A DNA stretch of 64,000 nt from the human T2T-CHM13v2.0 reference genome, Homo sapiens (GCF_009914755.1 NC_060926.1); one strand, 5' to 3'; positions 1 through 18,350 are shown, numbered from the stretch's first letter. Translations and numbers: made by a program. The notes: generated by a model not told the origin, from the letters alone.

Positions 1-495
1 GCTTTGTCAAAGGGGATCTTAAGTTTCTGGTATGGTAACTGGGTTAGAGAGCCCTGGAACATGACCAGCTTTAAGGGAAGAGAGCTTGAGCTCTGTTCTT
101 GTTAAGCTCAGTTTGAGATCTTTGTGGAATCAAGTGGAGAGGTCTAAGCAGGGAACTGGCTTGGCTAGGCTGTAAAGATGAATCTGAGAGTCCAAGAATA
201 TGGTAATTATTAATAAAAGCCTTAGGTAGATGAAATTGTTTTGGGAAAATTGAGTAAGGATGAAACCTAGATAAACTTGTATTACTAATTTGAGTGTGTT
301 TAATACCTATGGGAAAATTTATTTTGTAGCCCACTTTGTGTAAAAATGAAGGCAAGGAGTAAGATCAAATAAGTTTAAATACATACCGTTTGACATATGT
401 GTAATTAAGTAGATAATCTTACGTAATGCTTATTTGATTCTTTGGAAACATTTACCTTTTTCCTGCAGAAAATAAACTGGGCTTCCTAACTATCA

Positions 496-865
<370 letters not shown>

Positions 866-3299
866 TCTAAGGAAAACTTACATAATTATCTTCATAAATA
901 TTGAAAAGGCATTTAAAACCCCATTTGTGATTTTTTAACAAAGCAACTTAAAATAAGAATTACTGAATAATTCTGTAAGACAATAAAAACATACACCTCA
1001 ACTCAGAAATCAATATCTTAATTAAGAGTGAATATTAGATTCCTGCCTATCACCATTGTTATGAGACTTGGAAAGGAAAAGGTAAGTCTACCCCGATTTG
1101 CTAGTGATGTGATGGTATACTATATAACCACCAAGAGCTTTTGTTTATGTAAATAATGCTTGCCAGTTAGGGTGGAAGTGAAGACTACCATTTACATGAG
1201 CAGAAAAAGGTAAAATACCTAACAATAAACTTAATAAATATGAAAATTCTATATTGCTAACAGATTCAATTTTTATGTTATATAAAATTAACAATTCTGT
1301 ATTTAGGTAATAAAAGTGATCCTTCCTAAGTGATTAATGAATTATTTACCACTTGTTATTCTTTAAATCATTCTAAGTGACATGTGATACTTTTCAAAGC
1401 AAAACTCCTAGGAGTAGGATTTTTAATATTTTCTTACATTTTAGTGAGGCCACAGTTTTTTAAATGGTTGAAATGAATAGTGTTTCTGCCTTAGCCACCC
1501 TCCCAAGTGAGGTTTTTGGTGTTTTCTTCTTGGTGATTGCTTAAGTTTTGTAGTATTTTCAGTTTTGCTGTGGTTTATCATCTCTCATCTTGTTTATTAT
1601 GTGGATGCAAAAATGTTGACCTGGAGTATTTGCAGCTAAAATACTTCTGCTACAGTGACACTCAAAATCTGAAGCATTGATTTATTTTCTTAAGGCTTTT
1701 GTTTTTAGTGGCTATTTATAAAAAGCAATGAACTTATTAAGAGATAATTTAACTCTTTTTACACTGAACTCTTTTTATACTTTTTACTATTTTTTGATAA
1801 TATCTTCATTCAAAAAAAAATTACTAAGAGTTTCAGATATCAAAAATTCATATTTTCTCTCGCCTGAAGCCCAAACAGAATATTTGAGTATTCATCACTT
1901 CTTACTTATAGTTAAGTTACCAAGTTACCACTTCCTCTTCTTTTCCATATTTCAGATTCTGTGCCAGCGGATGATAGTTTTCTGTCTCATTAGGTTTCAT
2001 AAGTTTACACAAAGCACAGGGCAAGTGTTACACGTAACTAAAAAGTTCAGATTTTAATCAGATTAGCAGTGACCCTGGTTTCTGGAAGTAGGGAAGTTTT
2101 TTGTTGTTGGTGTTGCTGTTCACATAAGCATTTCTTTATGTTCATCTGCAAGTGAAACTGTGTTTAATTCTTTAAGCTTGTTTTTTTTTTTTTTCTGAGA
2201 ATTCCATAACATTTAAATTATATACTAATTATAAGTGAAGCTTCAAAAAGGAATAAACAAATGATTTCATAAACTTTCTGGTTAAGTAGAAAGTAGTAAT
2301 ATTTCCAAAATGGAATTTCCCAAATCTAGAGCTGTCTCAAATACTTATGTGTTGTTTCAAAAATTGTCACAGTGCTTTAACTTTGATCCTTTTAAGTAAA
2401 TTTTTCAAGTTTCATTTTTAAGAAGAGTATTGACGATTTAATATTGTAAACTCCTTGTTTTTGAAATCTTAAGAATGTTAAGTTTCTTAGTGCTAGTCTC
2501 AGATAAATGTGTACAACACAACTTTAAAATATTTATACAACCAAATCATAAGAGAAAACATTTTTGTAGGAAAAAGTACTATTGCAGTGATTTACCTATA
2601 TCAATGAGTTTAGCAGTTCAGTTTAGAAACATTTATGTCATCCCTGGAGTTATAAAGTCCATTGGCATTCCTGTACTCTGGGAACTTAACACAAAGGTTT
2701 TCAACCTTAACTAACCCATTTAGTATCATCTTCGAAACTTTTAAAAAAGATGTTTGGGTCTACCCATTCTATTAGAGAAAAAAGTTAATAGAAAGCTAAG
2801 GTTGAGAACCTATTAGGGGAAAAAAACATGGAAACAAATGTGATTTGCTTTGTTAAATGTAATAGGAAATAGATATAAAGGAGGATTAATTCAGACAAGA
2901 AACCTGATACAACGAAAAGAACACTGGCTTTGAGTCCCACTTTCCTTACTTATTCTTTGTGGGACCGTGAACAGATTATGTGACTTGTTTCTTCCTCTGT
3001 AAAATGGGTTTTTGTGATTAAACTGAATGTATGAATAAACTGGTGTATGAATAAGTACCTTGCACAGTACCTATCACATAGTAACTTAGTAAATATAGGT
3101 GATCTCAGTTCTCCAGCCTTGATAGAAAACTTCATGCCTGAATAGAATTTTGAAGGCTTAGTCAGTGGGTTCTTTGGACATATAAGAACAATACATTAGA
3201 AGAAATGACGTGTGACAACTTAGAGGTAACCATGCCAGTGGAGAATCCAGAGGTAATTTTGTCTGGCTGGAACAAAGAGGGAGTATCTTAGCCATGTTG

Positions 3300-3715
3300 G
3301 CTAAGATAAGGAGTTTTAAGTAGACTGCAGTAATCCTGGCCAAAAATAATGAGGCCCTGACAAGGTATAGGTTGTGGGATGTTAAAACAAATACAGTAAG
3401 AGATATTAAGGAGGGAGAAACTTGATTGATTTAATTTGTGGTAGAGGGGGAGCGGTTGGGGTAACACTCAGATTTCTAGACTTAGAATTTAGAATATAGT
3501 GTAGGAACAAGTGGTTTCTGTTCACCTTTTGAGTAGAGGTTGAATTCAGTCGTGGAATTGGAGAATAGGAGATACATCTGAGACATCCAGGTAGAGAGAT
3601 TTTAAAAAGGCATTTGGGTAGGCAGATCAGGAGGTCAGACATATAGGTAAGGTTTGAGCATTATGAACAGATAAAAACAAAAGGGGGATGAGATTTCTCA
3701 GTGATAAGAATATAG
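3300..3715 (-). mobile_element. L2 LINE remnant
   Basis: Purine-rich L2-like text (gagacatccaggtagagag, ggatgagatt); ORF 3406..3642 is a degenerate L2-like frame. Confidence 0.55.
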
Positions 3716-3721
3716 GGAAGC

Positions 3722-4027
3722 GGCTGAGCATGGTGGCTCACGCCTGTAATCCCAGCCCTTCGGGAGGCCAAAGTGGGTAGATCACCTGAGGTCAAGAAGT
3801 TTGAGACCAGCCTGGCCAACATGGTGAAACCGCATCTCTAATAAAAATAAAAAATTAGATGGGCATGGTAGCACAGGCCTGTAATCCCAGCTATTGCTCA
3901 GGAGGTTGAGGTGGGAGAATCGCCTGAACCTGGGAGGTGGAGGTTGTAGTGATCGCGCCACTGCACTCCAGCCTGGGCGACAGAGCAGAGCGAGACTCCA
4001 TCTTAAAAAAAAAAAAAAAAAAAAAAA
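3722..4027 (+). mobile_element. AluS SINE with long A tail
   Basis: Full dimer; near-perfect TSD aagaatatag(g/a)gaagc. Confidence 0.92.
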
Positions 4028-4104
4028 GAATATAGAGAAGCCAGGGCAATCAGATTCATTGAAGGATAAGGGATAGAATATAAGTAGGAGAATCAAAAGA
4101 GAAT

Positions 4105-4434
<330 letters not shown>

Positions 4435-4677
4435 TCAGAAATGCTTTTTCACTTAAAAATGTATTTTAGACACTTTGCCCTATTAGTAATATAGCTTTCT
4501 CTTTTTTAATGGCTGCACTTTTTATTTACACACTTCCTTATTAATAGACTGTTTTCAGCTGCTTTTTAAAAAATTGAACAAACAATACTGGAATCAATAC
4601 TTTGTGGAAATATCTTTGTATATTTGCATGAATGCCTCTGTAGAATACATCCTTGCAGATGAAATTGCTTAGTCAAA

Positions 4678-4885
4678 AGAATGGAAACAACAGACACCAG
4701 AGCCTACTTGAAGGTGGAAGGAGGGAAGAGGGTGAGGATGGAAAAACCACCTGTCGGGTACTATGCTTATTACCTGGGTGATGAAATAATTTGGACACCA
4801 AACCCCCGTGACACTCAATTTACCTATGTAACAAACCTGCACATGTACCCCTGAACCTAAAATAAAAGTTTAAAAAATTAAAAAT
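4678..4885 (+). mobile_element. L1 3' end fragment (older primate L1PA-type)
   Basis: tacctatgtaacaaacctgcacatgtacccctgaacctaaaataaaagtt is the canonical L1PA terminus. Confidence 0.85.
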
Positions 4886-7099
4886 TTTAAAAAGAATTCA
4901 TTAAAATGTTTCGTATGCTACTAAACTGCAATAGGGTGTGTGAGCCAATATATACTCCTACCAATAGTATCTTTTAGAGAACTTTTACATTGTAGATACT
5001 GGACCAGAAAAGTTAATGTTTGCAAACTTAAACAATTGCTAAATGCTTTCTGAAAGTGAAAATTGTTAAAATTTGCCAAAGTGTTCCAGTTTTATGTTAT
5101 GTTTGTATGTTTTTTAAAATGTTATCCTTAAAGTAGCATGCTTCCTAGATTGAAGGTAGTATGAATTTGAAAAATAAATAGTAATTTTCGTTTATTACTT
5201 TTATACACAATTCTGTAAAGAGAAAAAGAACACTTTCATTTTATCAAATACTTGGTTCGTTGAAATAATGTAATTTAAGAATGCATTTTGTCTTTGTAAG
5301 CACCAGATCAGGGAGGAAGTCTTTGTTTTAAAAGAAGCCCTGTTCCCTCCTCTTGTATGCTAGAAGCAGTAATTGGATTTGGAGGAATTGGATGAGATGG
5401 AAAGAATACTTTTTTATACTTTATATTAAAACCTATTTCTGGTTTGTAAAATCAATTTAAGAGGGTCATGACCAGCTTTTAAGAAAAAATGAAATAGAAC
5501 TAAAAATCAGAGTACATAGAGAGTAAGGGTAAATACTGTTTGGCGAAACTTTTTTTTTTAAAATGTATGTTGGGTCATCATGTAAAATGTATTTCTTCTG
5601 TGAGTCATAGGGGAAAAATGTGTGAAAAATTCTGCTTTATATGACGGGCCAATTCTCAAGTTGTTTCTAACCAGATGTATTGGGTACCCTGCAAATAAAT
5701 GTTATATATTTTTTTCTTTTATCCTTTAGCCTTTCTACCTCTCAGGAAAAAGTAAAACTTTAAACCAAGCAAAACCATCATTAAAAAAGGTCAACCAGCT
5801 AGGAATTTGTTCTCCATGGAATTCCTTCCATAGTTTTTGTGCAGTTATTAGTATCGGTAGACCCATTTGTGGCATTACCTGTGTACACTCCACACGCATA
5901 CACTCTTGAGCACTATTTTGGAATGTGTTTATATTTGATTTTTCAGATATATGAAGTTTGTTTTATAATAATTCCCTGAAAAATATCATGTGTGCTATTA
6001 TCTGTGGATCATTTATGACTGTCTTTAAGTTTGGTTAATTGTTTTTTTTCCTTCTGTTACTTCATTGCCTCCAGGTCATCTTTTTCTCTTAATTGATGGG
6101 TGGTAAGAAAACAAATTAAAGTAAAATTAATAGCACCTGGCAAAGACTTAATTTGTGAGGTAAATCTGCTGTTACTTAGGTCATATTTTAAGGCCAAATT
6201 TGTGAGTTGTAGATTATGTAGGACATCGTTGCTTACTTTCTTAGTGGCTCAGATAATTGAACTCTAACTGCACTTGGTTGCAGTTTTATAACCTTTAGTA
6301 AATGCTTCTTTCTGTAAGAGGTGAGTTGCTCTCATGGTGGGTGTTTGTGATGTAGAAAGCAGCACTGTCAGAGGAATGGCAGCTGCCACAGTTACGTTTT
6401 TAGGTTACAGACTAGAGTGGTATTTTTTCATTTTGAAAGTCCACACAGTAGTTTGTTACTTTGTTTTTCTGGGGATTTTTTTTCTCAGTATACACTAGTC
6501 ACTTGAGGTTTAACTTAGTCTTGACCAAAATGCTAATTTAAAACTTTACAGCAAGAAACTTACTTTAAAGCATGTCTGCTGTTCATGTCAGCTGATTGCA
6601 AAATCTTCTGTGGGAAAATTTTCATGAAGTATTAAAGTCCTGGGGAGCAGAGAACAAGAAAAAGAAATTAGTTGGACTATCCAGAGTGTAGCATTATGCT
6701 CTGGCGACACTCACTGACACCTCTGCTTATGCTGAGGAATTGTCTCAAATCAAAGCAAATATTCATGATAGCAGGTCTAAAAACTCACTACAAATTTTTG
6801 TCATTTAGCTAGGGTTTTTTGCAGCTTGCATATAATGTACTGCCCCTCTTAACATACTTTCTCTTTAGACATGTTGCAGCACAAATGATTGGGTTGTTTG
6901 TCCCACATTCATCACATTTCAGGCCACATTTCAAATCCCACTTATTTACCTTGATTACATTTGGATATTTCATAACTTATTTGGTGAAGCACTAAGAGAC
7001 CAGAGGTGTGGTTATAGAAATCTAATTGGAGTGTGCGTGAGTTGGAGCACAATTCAAGAGTGGTTAGTAGAATAAATGCCCCAGCAAGAATGATGATAA

Positions 7100-7335
7100 T
7101 ATATTTAGTTCCTGCTGTGAGCCAGGCTCTGAGGATGCAATGGTAAACAACAGAGGTCTATGCCTACACAACATTTACAGTCATTTGAGCTCAAATAAAG
7201 TAACTCTTGAAAGAGCAGTTTCGGTAGAGCGGTAGCATGGAAGCCAGATTGTGTTGAGTTGAGGAGTGAGTGGGAAGTTAGGAAGTCGAGAGAGTGAATA
7301 GGCACATCTCTTTCAAGAAGCTTGGTGGTGAGGAG
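7100..7335 (-). mobile_element. L2 LINE remnant
   Basis: ORF 7105..7305 FLTSHSLLNSTQSGFH resembles the L2 ORF2 RT region. Confidence 0.6.
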
Positions 7336-10300
7336 GAGAAGAGCTAGGGCGCACAGAAGAGAGGATTCTGTTTTGTTTTGTTTTGTTCTGATTTGTTTTG
7401 AGTATGGAAGAGGCTGAACGTTTATAGGAAAGGATCAATAGTGATGGAAAATTTTTAAAAGCCCCTGAGCAAGCAGTTGAGAAGAAAAACAGAAGGTCCA
7501 GGGATTATCTGTAGACAAGATTGTGGATGTAAGCAAGATTTTAGTGAAGGGACATGAAATCAAAGCAGTTTCTGCCTTTCAGATTCTATTTTCATTGCAG
7601 AGTTTCAGGGATATGAGAGTAGAGAATTAGAGTGACTAATTTATTCTGCATCTATATAATAGAAGCTGAGAGTTCTAGGGCAAAAAAAATGTTTTCCAAG
7701 GGCTAATCCATCCATCCTCGTGGATGCTTCCATTTTGTTGCCCTTGTTATCAATAGTTATCCAATGTTATGTATTCAATTTTATGTTGAAGTACCTTTTG
7801 GGAAAAATAGCTAGTAAACTCTCAAATATGGTCAGCTGATATGATGAGTTAAAGGTACAACAATCTCTAATATTTTTATCTTGTTTAATTATTACATGAA
7901 ACTATCCAAATGCAAATAAAATATGTTATTATGAATTTGTGTAGAAGGTTAAAATGTTCGGTAGAAGAAAAAATTTTTCATGGGAATTTTTGAAAACCAA
8001 CTTCTCTCAAATAACTCATTGCTGTTTAACAAGGTAAGTAGCACTTGAAAAGTGAACGTGTGTTGCAGCTCATGTAACTGACATTATATATATATTTTTA
8101 CTTTTATGTGTCAATTGTATTGACATCAAAACTAGAAAGACAAAATTTTTTGTTGTCACTATTGACAGTGTGGCTTTTTTAGGGTGATCAACTTCAGTAT
8201 AAAGGTATTTTGCTGCTCATTTTCATTGTTTGCTCATATTTTGTACTATATACACTAATACTGAAACAAGATATTTGCTGCTTGGCATTTTTGTTGGTTA
8301 TACTGTACTTTCTTGTCTTGTAAAAATCTTTCCCCTTCCAAGTTACTTGGAGGTTTCAGAAACCTTTTTCTGAACCACTCAGAAGCCTTTTTGTAAGAAT
8401 TTTTATAATTGTAATATTTGCCGTCAATCACGTCTAATATTTTAAGACACTTATAAAATGTTTGATTAACTTGTGATTAATTCACCACTTACTAGTTATG
8501 CTACCTTGTAGGATTACTTAACCTCTTTGAGCTTTTATTTCTTCATCTTTAAAATGAAGCATTTCCACCTCATATGATAGTATGAGGAGATAATTGAGAT
8601 AACTCACGAGTTCTCTTCACATAATATTGGCCCATAGTAAGCACTCAATAAGTATTAATAATGACATTGGTGTAAACATGGAGTGAAAACACGTGGAAGA
8701 TACTATTTATTTAACAAATGTCATCTTAAATAACATATTATGCAGTTGGTGACTCAGTGACATACAGTTGGTGTCTGATATCTTGGGTTTTTGTTTTTAG
8801 GCTGGCAAGTTAATTAGAGGCTCTGCCTGTATTAATTTCTGTTGTGCTAATATGCTAAGAACAAAAGAAAAAACACCCAAAAAGAAAAAACAATTATTTC
8901 TGTAGATTTTAAAATTTAGAGCTGTGAAAACAACTGTGATATCATAGCACTCTAAATATATTGAAAACCAAAAAGTTAACTAAAACCCAAATCTTCATGT
9001 GGTTCAGAAGAAGGGCTCTTTTCTACTTCTTTATGACTCAAGCAGAAATGTAGGCTGGGCAAATTCATTGACAGTACATTTTGATATGACCTTAAAATTT
9101 CCATAAGGATATTATAAAGATTTGGAAGAATTTGAACTACTGTACACCAGGCAACACTTGTAATGTAAATTGATGTTGTTAATGCTTACGTGACATTTTC
9201 ATTCATTTTTCTAAAGAAAATACGGTTTTTCTTTTTTGTTTTTTCCTTCACTCACCCAAGTGACTAATTATAAACCTCAGACATATTGTGGTAAAAAGAT
9301 GGTGATTATTTTTTGTCATCCATTAAATATACTTTGCTAATGTCATTGATACTATTGAAGTCATTAGCATATTTCAGATACAGTTGTTTTTCTTCTCCCT
9401 TTTATCACCATCCTTCTTTCTACAATATCTTTTCCTTCACCCTCCATCCTGGTCCCTATAAAAATAAGTTTAGAGTGAAGCTGGGTTGTATAATCTAGGT
9501 CAGTTTATCTGTCCTTGAAAGATGATGTACACATTGATACAGCTGGGCTGGTACCCTGTAAAGGATGGGAGTTTCTCCCAGTTGAGCAGTGTGTGCTGTA
9601 TGTTTTTAACTTGTCTGGAAAGAACTCTCGATGTTTGATTCTGGAAAGATTGCTAGAGGGCCTCTTACTTAGAGACACTCCACCCCCCTCAAATGTGAGC
9701 CCATGGACCTTTAGGGTGCATGATACTGTGTGTGGATGTTGGGGGTAGGAGGGTACCAGGGATTAACTATTCCTTAGAGGAATACGTAGGGAATACCCTA
9801 TATATTTCCCACATGTGATGAATCTTTTCCATCCCAACCAAGCACCTTCTAAATTCTTGTGGTTGTTCATCTAACCAAATAGGAGCTACAGGCAGTTTAC
9901 TTCAAGATACCAGTGAGAACTTCCGGGTTGCATTTTTCTATTTCACTTCAAAACTTCCATCTTTTAACAGACTGGTCACTGGACCCTTGAGCTTGTTTAG
10001 AGGTTATGATCTCAGTCCTTCAACCTTGGGCTTCAGATTTAGTTTGTTATCAGCATCCCCCCGCCCCCATGCCCCCAAGCCTATGAAATTATATAGTTAT
10101 ATAAGTCAAGTTTTATATTTTCTAGGGATTGGTTAGAAAAACTGGCAATAAAGTCAACTTCATGTATCTTTAGTGTGGTTATGCATATTTTTCTTAAGTG
10201 ACTTATTCTTTCAGTGACCTTTTAAAATATAGAGTCATATGAATGTTTGTGCCAACTAAGCAAACATTGACTTAGGTTTTGTTACAGATAGGTTATTATT

Positions 10301-10374
10301 TTAGCCACAGAGTTGGTGAAAGTTAAAATATAATGGTAGTTGATCATTTACTTAGTGCACAGAATGTGCCAGGT

Positions 10375-11190
10375 ACTGAAGGTCTGGTATAGTTTTAGTA
10401 CATATTATCAAACAGTTTTCCGAATATCTGTACCAGTTTATACTTCCACCAGTAAAGTGTGGGAATCACAGTTTCTCCACATCCTTACCAAAAGTGGCTG
10501 TGGAGAGAATAATTTTAATTTTAGTCATTCTGGTAGATGTATAGTGGTATTTTATTGTTGTTTTAATGTACATTTTTCCCTGATGACTTTTTATATGCTG
10601 TTGGCTATTTGGATATCCTGTCTTGTGAAATACCTGTTCAAATATTTTGGCCATTTTTCTGTTGGATTGTTCCACATTGACTTGTAGGAATTCTTTCCAT
10701 ATTCTGGATATGAGTTCTTTGACAGTTACATGTTTTGCACATATCTTCTCCCAGGCAATGGCTTTCTTGGTTTTTCACTCTATGGTATTCTTTTGATGAA
10801 GAGAAGTTTTAAATTTTAATGCAGTCCAATATATCAATCTTTTCTGTAATCAGTGTTTCTGTTTCTTGTTTAAAACATTTATGCCTTTCCTAAGGTCATA
10901 CAAATAATCTCTTCTGTTATCTTCTGGAAGGCTGATTGCTTCACCTTTCACATGTAGGCCCATGAACTATCTGGAGCTTATTTCTGTATAAGATGTTAGA
11001 ATCAGATATTTTTTTTCCTGCCTGTGTGGTTATCCAGTTAATCCAGCATCATTTGTTGAAGAGTCTATCCTTTCCCCACCACACTGCAGTGGCATCTTTA
11101 TCACAAGACCATGTGACTTTAAAGCAAGTCTTGATATCAGGTAGTTTAAGTCCTCCAACTTTGTTTTTCTTGAGAAACTATTTTTAAATG
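10375..11190 (-). mobile_element. Old L1M fragment (ORF2 3' region)
   Basis: ORF 10466..10675 IKTTIKYHYTSTRMTKIK is L1 ORF2 C-terminal-like. Confidence 0.8.
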
Positions 11191-12649
11191 GCCAAATAGT
11201 CTCAGACAGTTGTTGGCCCCATTCCTTCCTTCTGCCTTCTCAAGCCCATCTTGCCTTTTGACCCCAGAGCTTACAACTTACAGACTCATCATCTCTTCTT
11301 TTCCATGACCATTTCAGACTAGAGGTTAGAATTCCATAAGCAAGTGCAGCTTCTCTTTTGGTGGAAGATTAATACAGAATCACCTTCACCTGTTGTATGC
11401 CCTGCCATCCTGGCTACTAATCTGGCTTGGGGCTTAGGTTCCATTGCTGACTGCTATTGGGCTTCTAAACTGTTTCCCTGACCCCTTTATATTGGACCTT
11501 CTATGCCAGAATTCCCAAACCCAAAACCCTCTGATTTTCCTGGTTCGTAGCCCTGAAAGTCGGCTTCAGTTTGCACTTCTATTAATTATTTTTATTCACC
11601 TATATTGTCCCCTAATCTCCTGATAAGGATGTGATTTCTCATAGATAAATCTCCAAAGTACAGGAAGCCCACCCAAATTCTCTATCTCTATGCTCTGACT
11701 ACTAGGATATCCTGTTTGCTACCCAATTATGAGACCCTCCTGTCAACTGTTTTTGTATACAGTGGCTTGCAAGACAATAGCGGCATTATTTATTTGCTCC
11801 CCTCTAACAGGTCTTAGAATAAGTAGACATAAAAATGGCAAGTTACACACATGCATGCACACACACACATGCTTGCTTGTTTGTACAGGTTATAAAGAAA
11901 TTAGATGACTATTTGGGACTCCTTGTGGTGTGGATGGAGAAAGTAGTCCATTACGAAGGATGAAGAAACATTTGTTCTGTTTGTTGTGTGCCAGACACAG
12001 TACTAAAGTAGCTTATCTATCCTTTTTTTCCCCTGTTGAGCAGGAACAGCTATTTAAAGCCCATATTTTATGTGTTAAAGTGGATTATAGAAATGAAACT
12101 TTATTTGTAAATTCATTATACAAGTAATACTTCAATTAACATGAAACTTCTTTTAAGTAGAGTTGGCCTAGACACAGGAATTTTCTGGAAAGTTTTGAGT
12201 CTCCCCTACACTGATTGGTTCAAGGACACTTAGAAGCAGTGGCACTCTCTTAGGTTTCTAAAGGGTAAGTTGGGTCAGAGCCAATACCTGCTGCAGGGGA
12301 TCATGCAGCAGCGCAAGTTCTCGCCATCAATTGGTGACCCCTTTTTGAGAAATATGAAAATGTTTTTACTCTAGAAGGCCAATAAAGCCTGTCTCACCTA
12401 TAATGGAAAATAGAGTACCTTGCAAAGGTATGACAGGAAGAAAAACTTGCGGAGTTGTTGCTTTGGTTACAGAGTTTCTGATTCAGATCTTTGTATTTGC
12501 ATTAATGTCTGAGTTTGGAATAGGTTGTGAACCAATAAATTATTTCATTTTTAAAGAGTAAAAGTTTTGGAAAAAAGCAATAGGTTAATCACAGATTAGG
12601 CTAGGAAAAAAAAGCCATCACACATAGTTCTTTGAAAGTAAGGTATTAT

Positions 12650-13642
<993 letters not shown>

Positions 13643-13984
13643 TAATGGTAACAATTTAACAAAGTCTGCGAACAATAATGTTAACAGTAATGTACCAACA
13701 TTGTCATGGTAAATTTTATATTATGTCTATTTTACCACAGTTTTTTAAAAGGTGTTATGAGCATGTAAAACTAAGGAACAGTCTCTAGCAAACGGGGCAT
13801 AAAGCAGTTTAATACTGTCAAATTTGAGGCTTCAAGTAAAGGATTATTCAAATTGTCTAATATATGCCAAAGTCTAAATTGGGTGAGGAATTTAATTAAG
13901 GACTCCAATATCAGATTTTAACAGTGTTTACTTAGCTAGAATTGTATAAGTAACACATTTATTCTAAAATACACATATTTAAAT

Positions 13985-15200
<1,216 letters not shown>

Positions 15201-15217
15201 TTATTAATGCTTTTAAA

Positions 15218-15530
15218 TTTTATTTTTATTTAATGTTTTTGAGACAGGGTCTCACTCTGTCACCCAGGCTGGAGTAGTACAGTGGTGTGATCACAGCTCA
15301 CTGCAGCCTTGACTTCCTGGACCCAAGCAATCCTCCCACCTTAGCCTCCCAAGTAGCTGGACTACAGGTGCATGCCACCATGCCTGGCTAATATTTTGTT
15401 TTTTTTGTAAAGACAGGGTTACATCATGTTGCCCAAGGCTGGTCTTGATCGAACTCCTGGGCTCAAGTAATTCACCCTCCTCAGCCCCCCAAAGTGCTGG
15501 GATTACAGGTGTGAGCCACTGCGCCCGGCT
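15218..15530 (-). mobile_element. AluJ SINE
   Basis: Antisense dimer; TSD tgcttttaaa at 15208-15217 and 15530-15539. Confidence 0.9.
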
Positions 15531-15551
15531 GCTTTTAAACTTTAGAAAAAG

Positions 15552-15872
<321 letters not shown>

Positions 15873-16679
15873 AAACTTTAGAAAAAGGAATCCTGTAGTT
15901 AATGGCTGTATAATATGCTATTGTAGGGATATAGTATAACTTGCCTAAATAATCCCTTTGCAGCATTTTGTTTTAGATTTCCTTAAAAGGAGTTTGCATA
16001 GTACAACCATATTGCCTTCTGGAAGGCTTGTAACAATTTACACTCACAAGCAATGTGCATGTGTGCAAGGGTTCCTTTCCCCACATTCTCATTAACAATC
16101 GCAAAGTGATTTTAAATAATAGGAACTTCATAATTAGAGGGACATAGTTAGAGGTCAGATTACCTCGTACACTAATTAGAAGGGGTTATCAGGACACTAG
16201 GCAAGGGAACAAAATAGGATTTGTGTGTATCTTGTACTTTTTTTTTTCTATTTAAATCAGCAGCAGGAAAGAAGAGTATGGCAGAGCAAAGCAGTTATTT
16301 CCTTCTTTATGGTGCTAATTTCGTAAGAAAGATAATTTGAAGTAGATATATTACAATGGAGCCTTTTCCTTTTCTTGTGACTTGCTCATTTCTTCCTGGT
16401 AACTCTGAGTGACTGACCAGTCGTTAACCTCAAAGATCCTTTTCAAAATTCTGAAGCCATTCTCCACTAAGCAGCTGTCTGAATGAACTTTGGGAAAGTT
16501 ACTCACTAGTTGGCTTCATTTTCCTCACCTCTAAATTAAACTATGTGGTTTCTACGGTACCTTCACTCTAAAACTGTGGAAGATCTTAGGAAATTTTATT
16601 CTGAGAGAAGTCTAGCTTGCAAAACTGGTTGAATTTTGTAGTAAACATTTTCCTCATGTATCTAACTGGGCAGCTGTGA

Positions 16680-17040
<361 letters not shown>

Positions 17041-17239
17041 GTCCCTTTGCTTGTAATGTTAAATCTGACCTGTGGAACTTTTGACTCCTCAGCACAGAGG
17101 AATAGAATAACTCAGGTTTCATTTAAGAATTAAATGTATTAAAAAGAAGCTATTACAAATTAATTAGTATGGGAAGGATTATTCAACAAAAGGGATTAAG
17201 ACCATTGCTTGGCTGTTGAGAAAAAAAAAATTCACCTTA

Positions 17240-18115
17240 CATTTTTGCTTTACATCATACACCAAAATAAGTTCTAGATGTGTTAAAATTAAATGTTTTT
17301 TATTCCCTAAAAGTAGAAGAAAATAAAAGTGAATATTTATTAACTTTTATATGACAGCAAAATAATGAAGAAAGTTGCATAAAACTTTCTTCATCTTCGT
17401 GAAAAAATCAATTGATTTGACTTCCTAAAATTAACTTGGGAAAACAGCTTGGCAGTTTCTTATAAAGTTGAGCATGCTACATGACGCAGCATTCACACTC
17501 CTGGGTTTATATATTTTAGAGAAATGAAAACATGGGTTCACATAGTAATCTGTACATGAATGTTCATAGCAGTTTTATTTGTAATAGGAAAATACTGGAA
17601 ACAACCCACATATCCTATATGGAGTGAATGGGTAGACAACCTGTGGTACATCTATACAATGGAATGCTAGTTAGCAATGAAAAAGAGTCAGACCCAGGAG
17701 TGGTGATGTGCACCTGTAGTCTCAGCTACCCAGGAGGCTGAGGCAGGAGGATTGCTCAGCCCAAGAAACCAGCCTGGGCAACATAGTGAGACCCTGTCTC
17801 TGAAAAAAGAAAAAGAAAAGGAATGAACTGTTGACAAATGCAGCAACATGGATAGCTCTCAAGGGCATTATTAGGCTGAGGGAAAAAGCCAGCTTCAAAG
17901 GGTTATGTATTGTGTGATTCTATTTATATATAACATTCTTGATGTAACAAATTATAATGATGTAGAATAGATCGAGGATTAGGGTTTAGGGAAGAGTGTG
18001 ACTATTAAGAGGTAACATGAGGGAGTTTTTTTTGTGTTGATAGAACAGTTCTTATCCTGATTGTAGTGATGGTCACTCTAATCCACACATATAAAATTTT
18101 TAGAACTGTACGCAT

Positions 18116-18173
<58 letters not shown>

Positions 18174-18350
18174 CTGGTGAAATCCAAACAAGGTCTGTAC
18201 CTGAGTTAATAGTATTGTACTGATGTCAGTTTCCTGGTTTGACCATGTGTTATGGTTATTACCTTATTACTATATTACCATTGGGAGAAGCTAAGTGGAA
18301 TATACACAAGAACTCTTGTATTTCCAACTTTTTTTGAGTCTTAAACTATT
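17240..18350 (+). mobile_element. Old L1M 3' fragments containing an Alu monomer (about 17690-17820) and (CA)28
   Basis: ggaaaacagcttggcagtttcttataaag, ctggaaacaacccacatatcc; FLAM-like insert. Confidence 0.72.
18117..18172. repeat. (CA)28 microsatellite
   Basis: Pure dinucleotide run. Confidence 0.95.

Noticed and set aside
9480-11800. Moderately GC-rich unassigned stretches (about 9480-10050 and 11200-11800)
   Set aside because: Probably very old repeats; no ORF or RNA motif recognisable by eye; needs a Dfam search.
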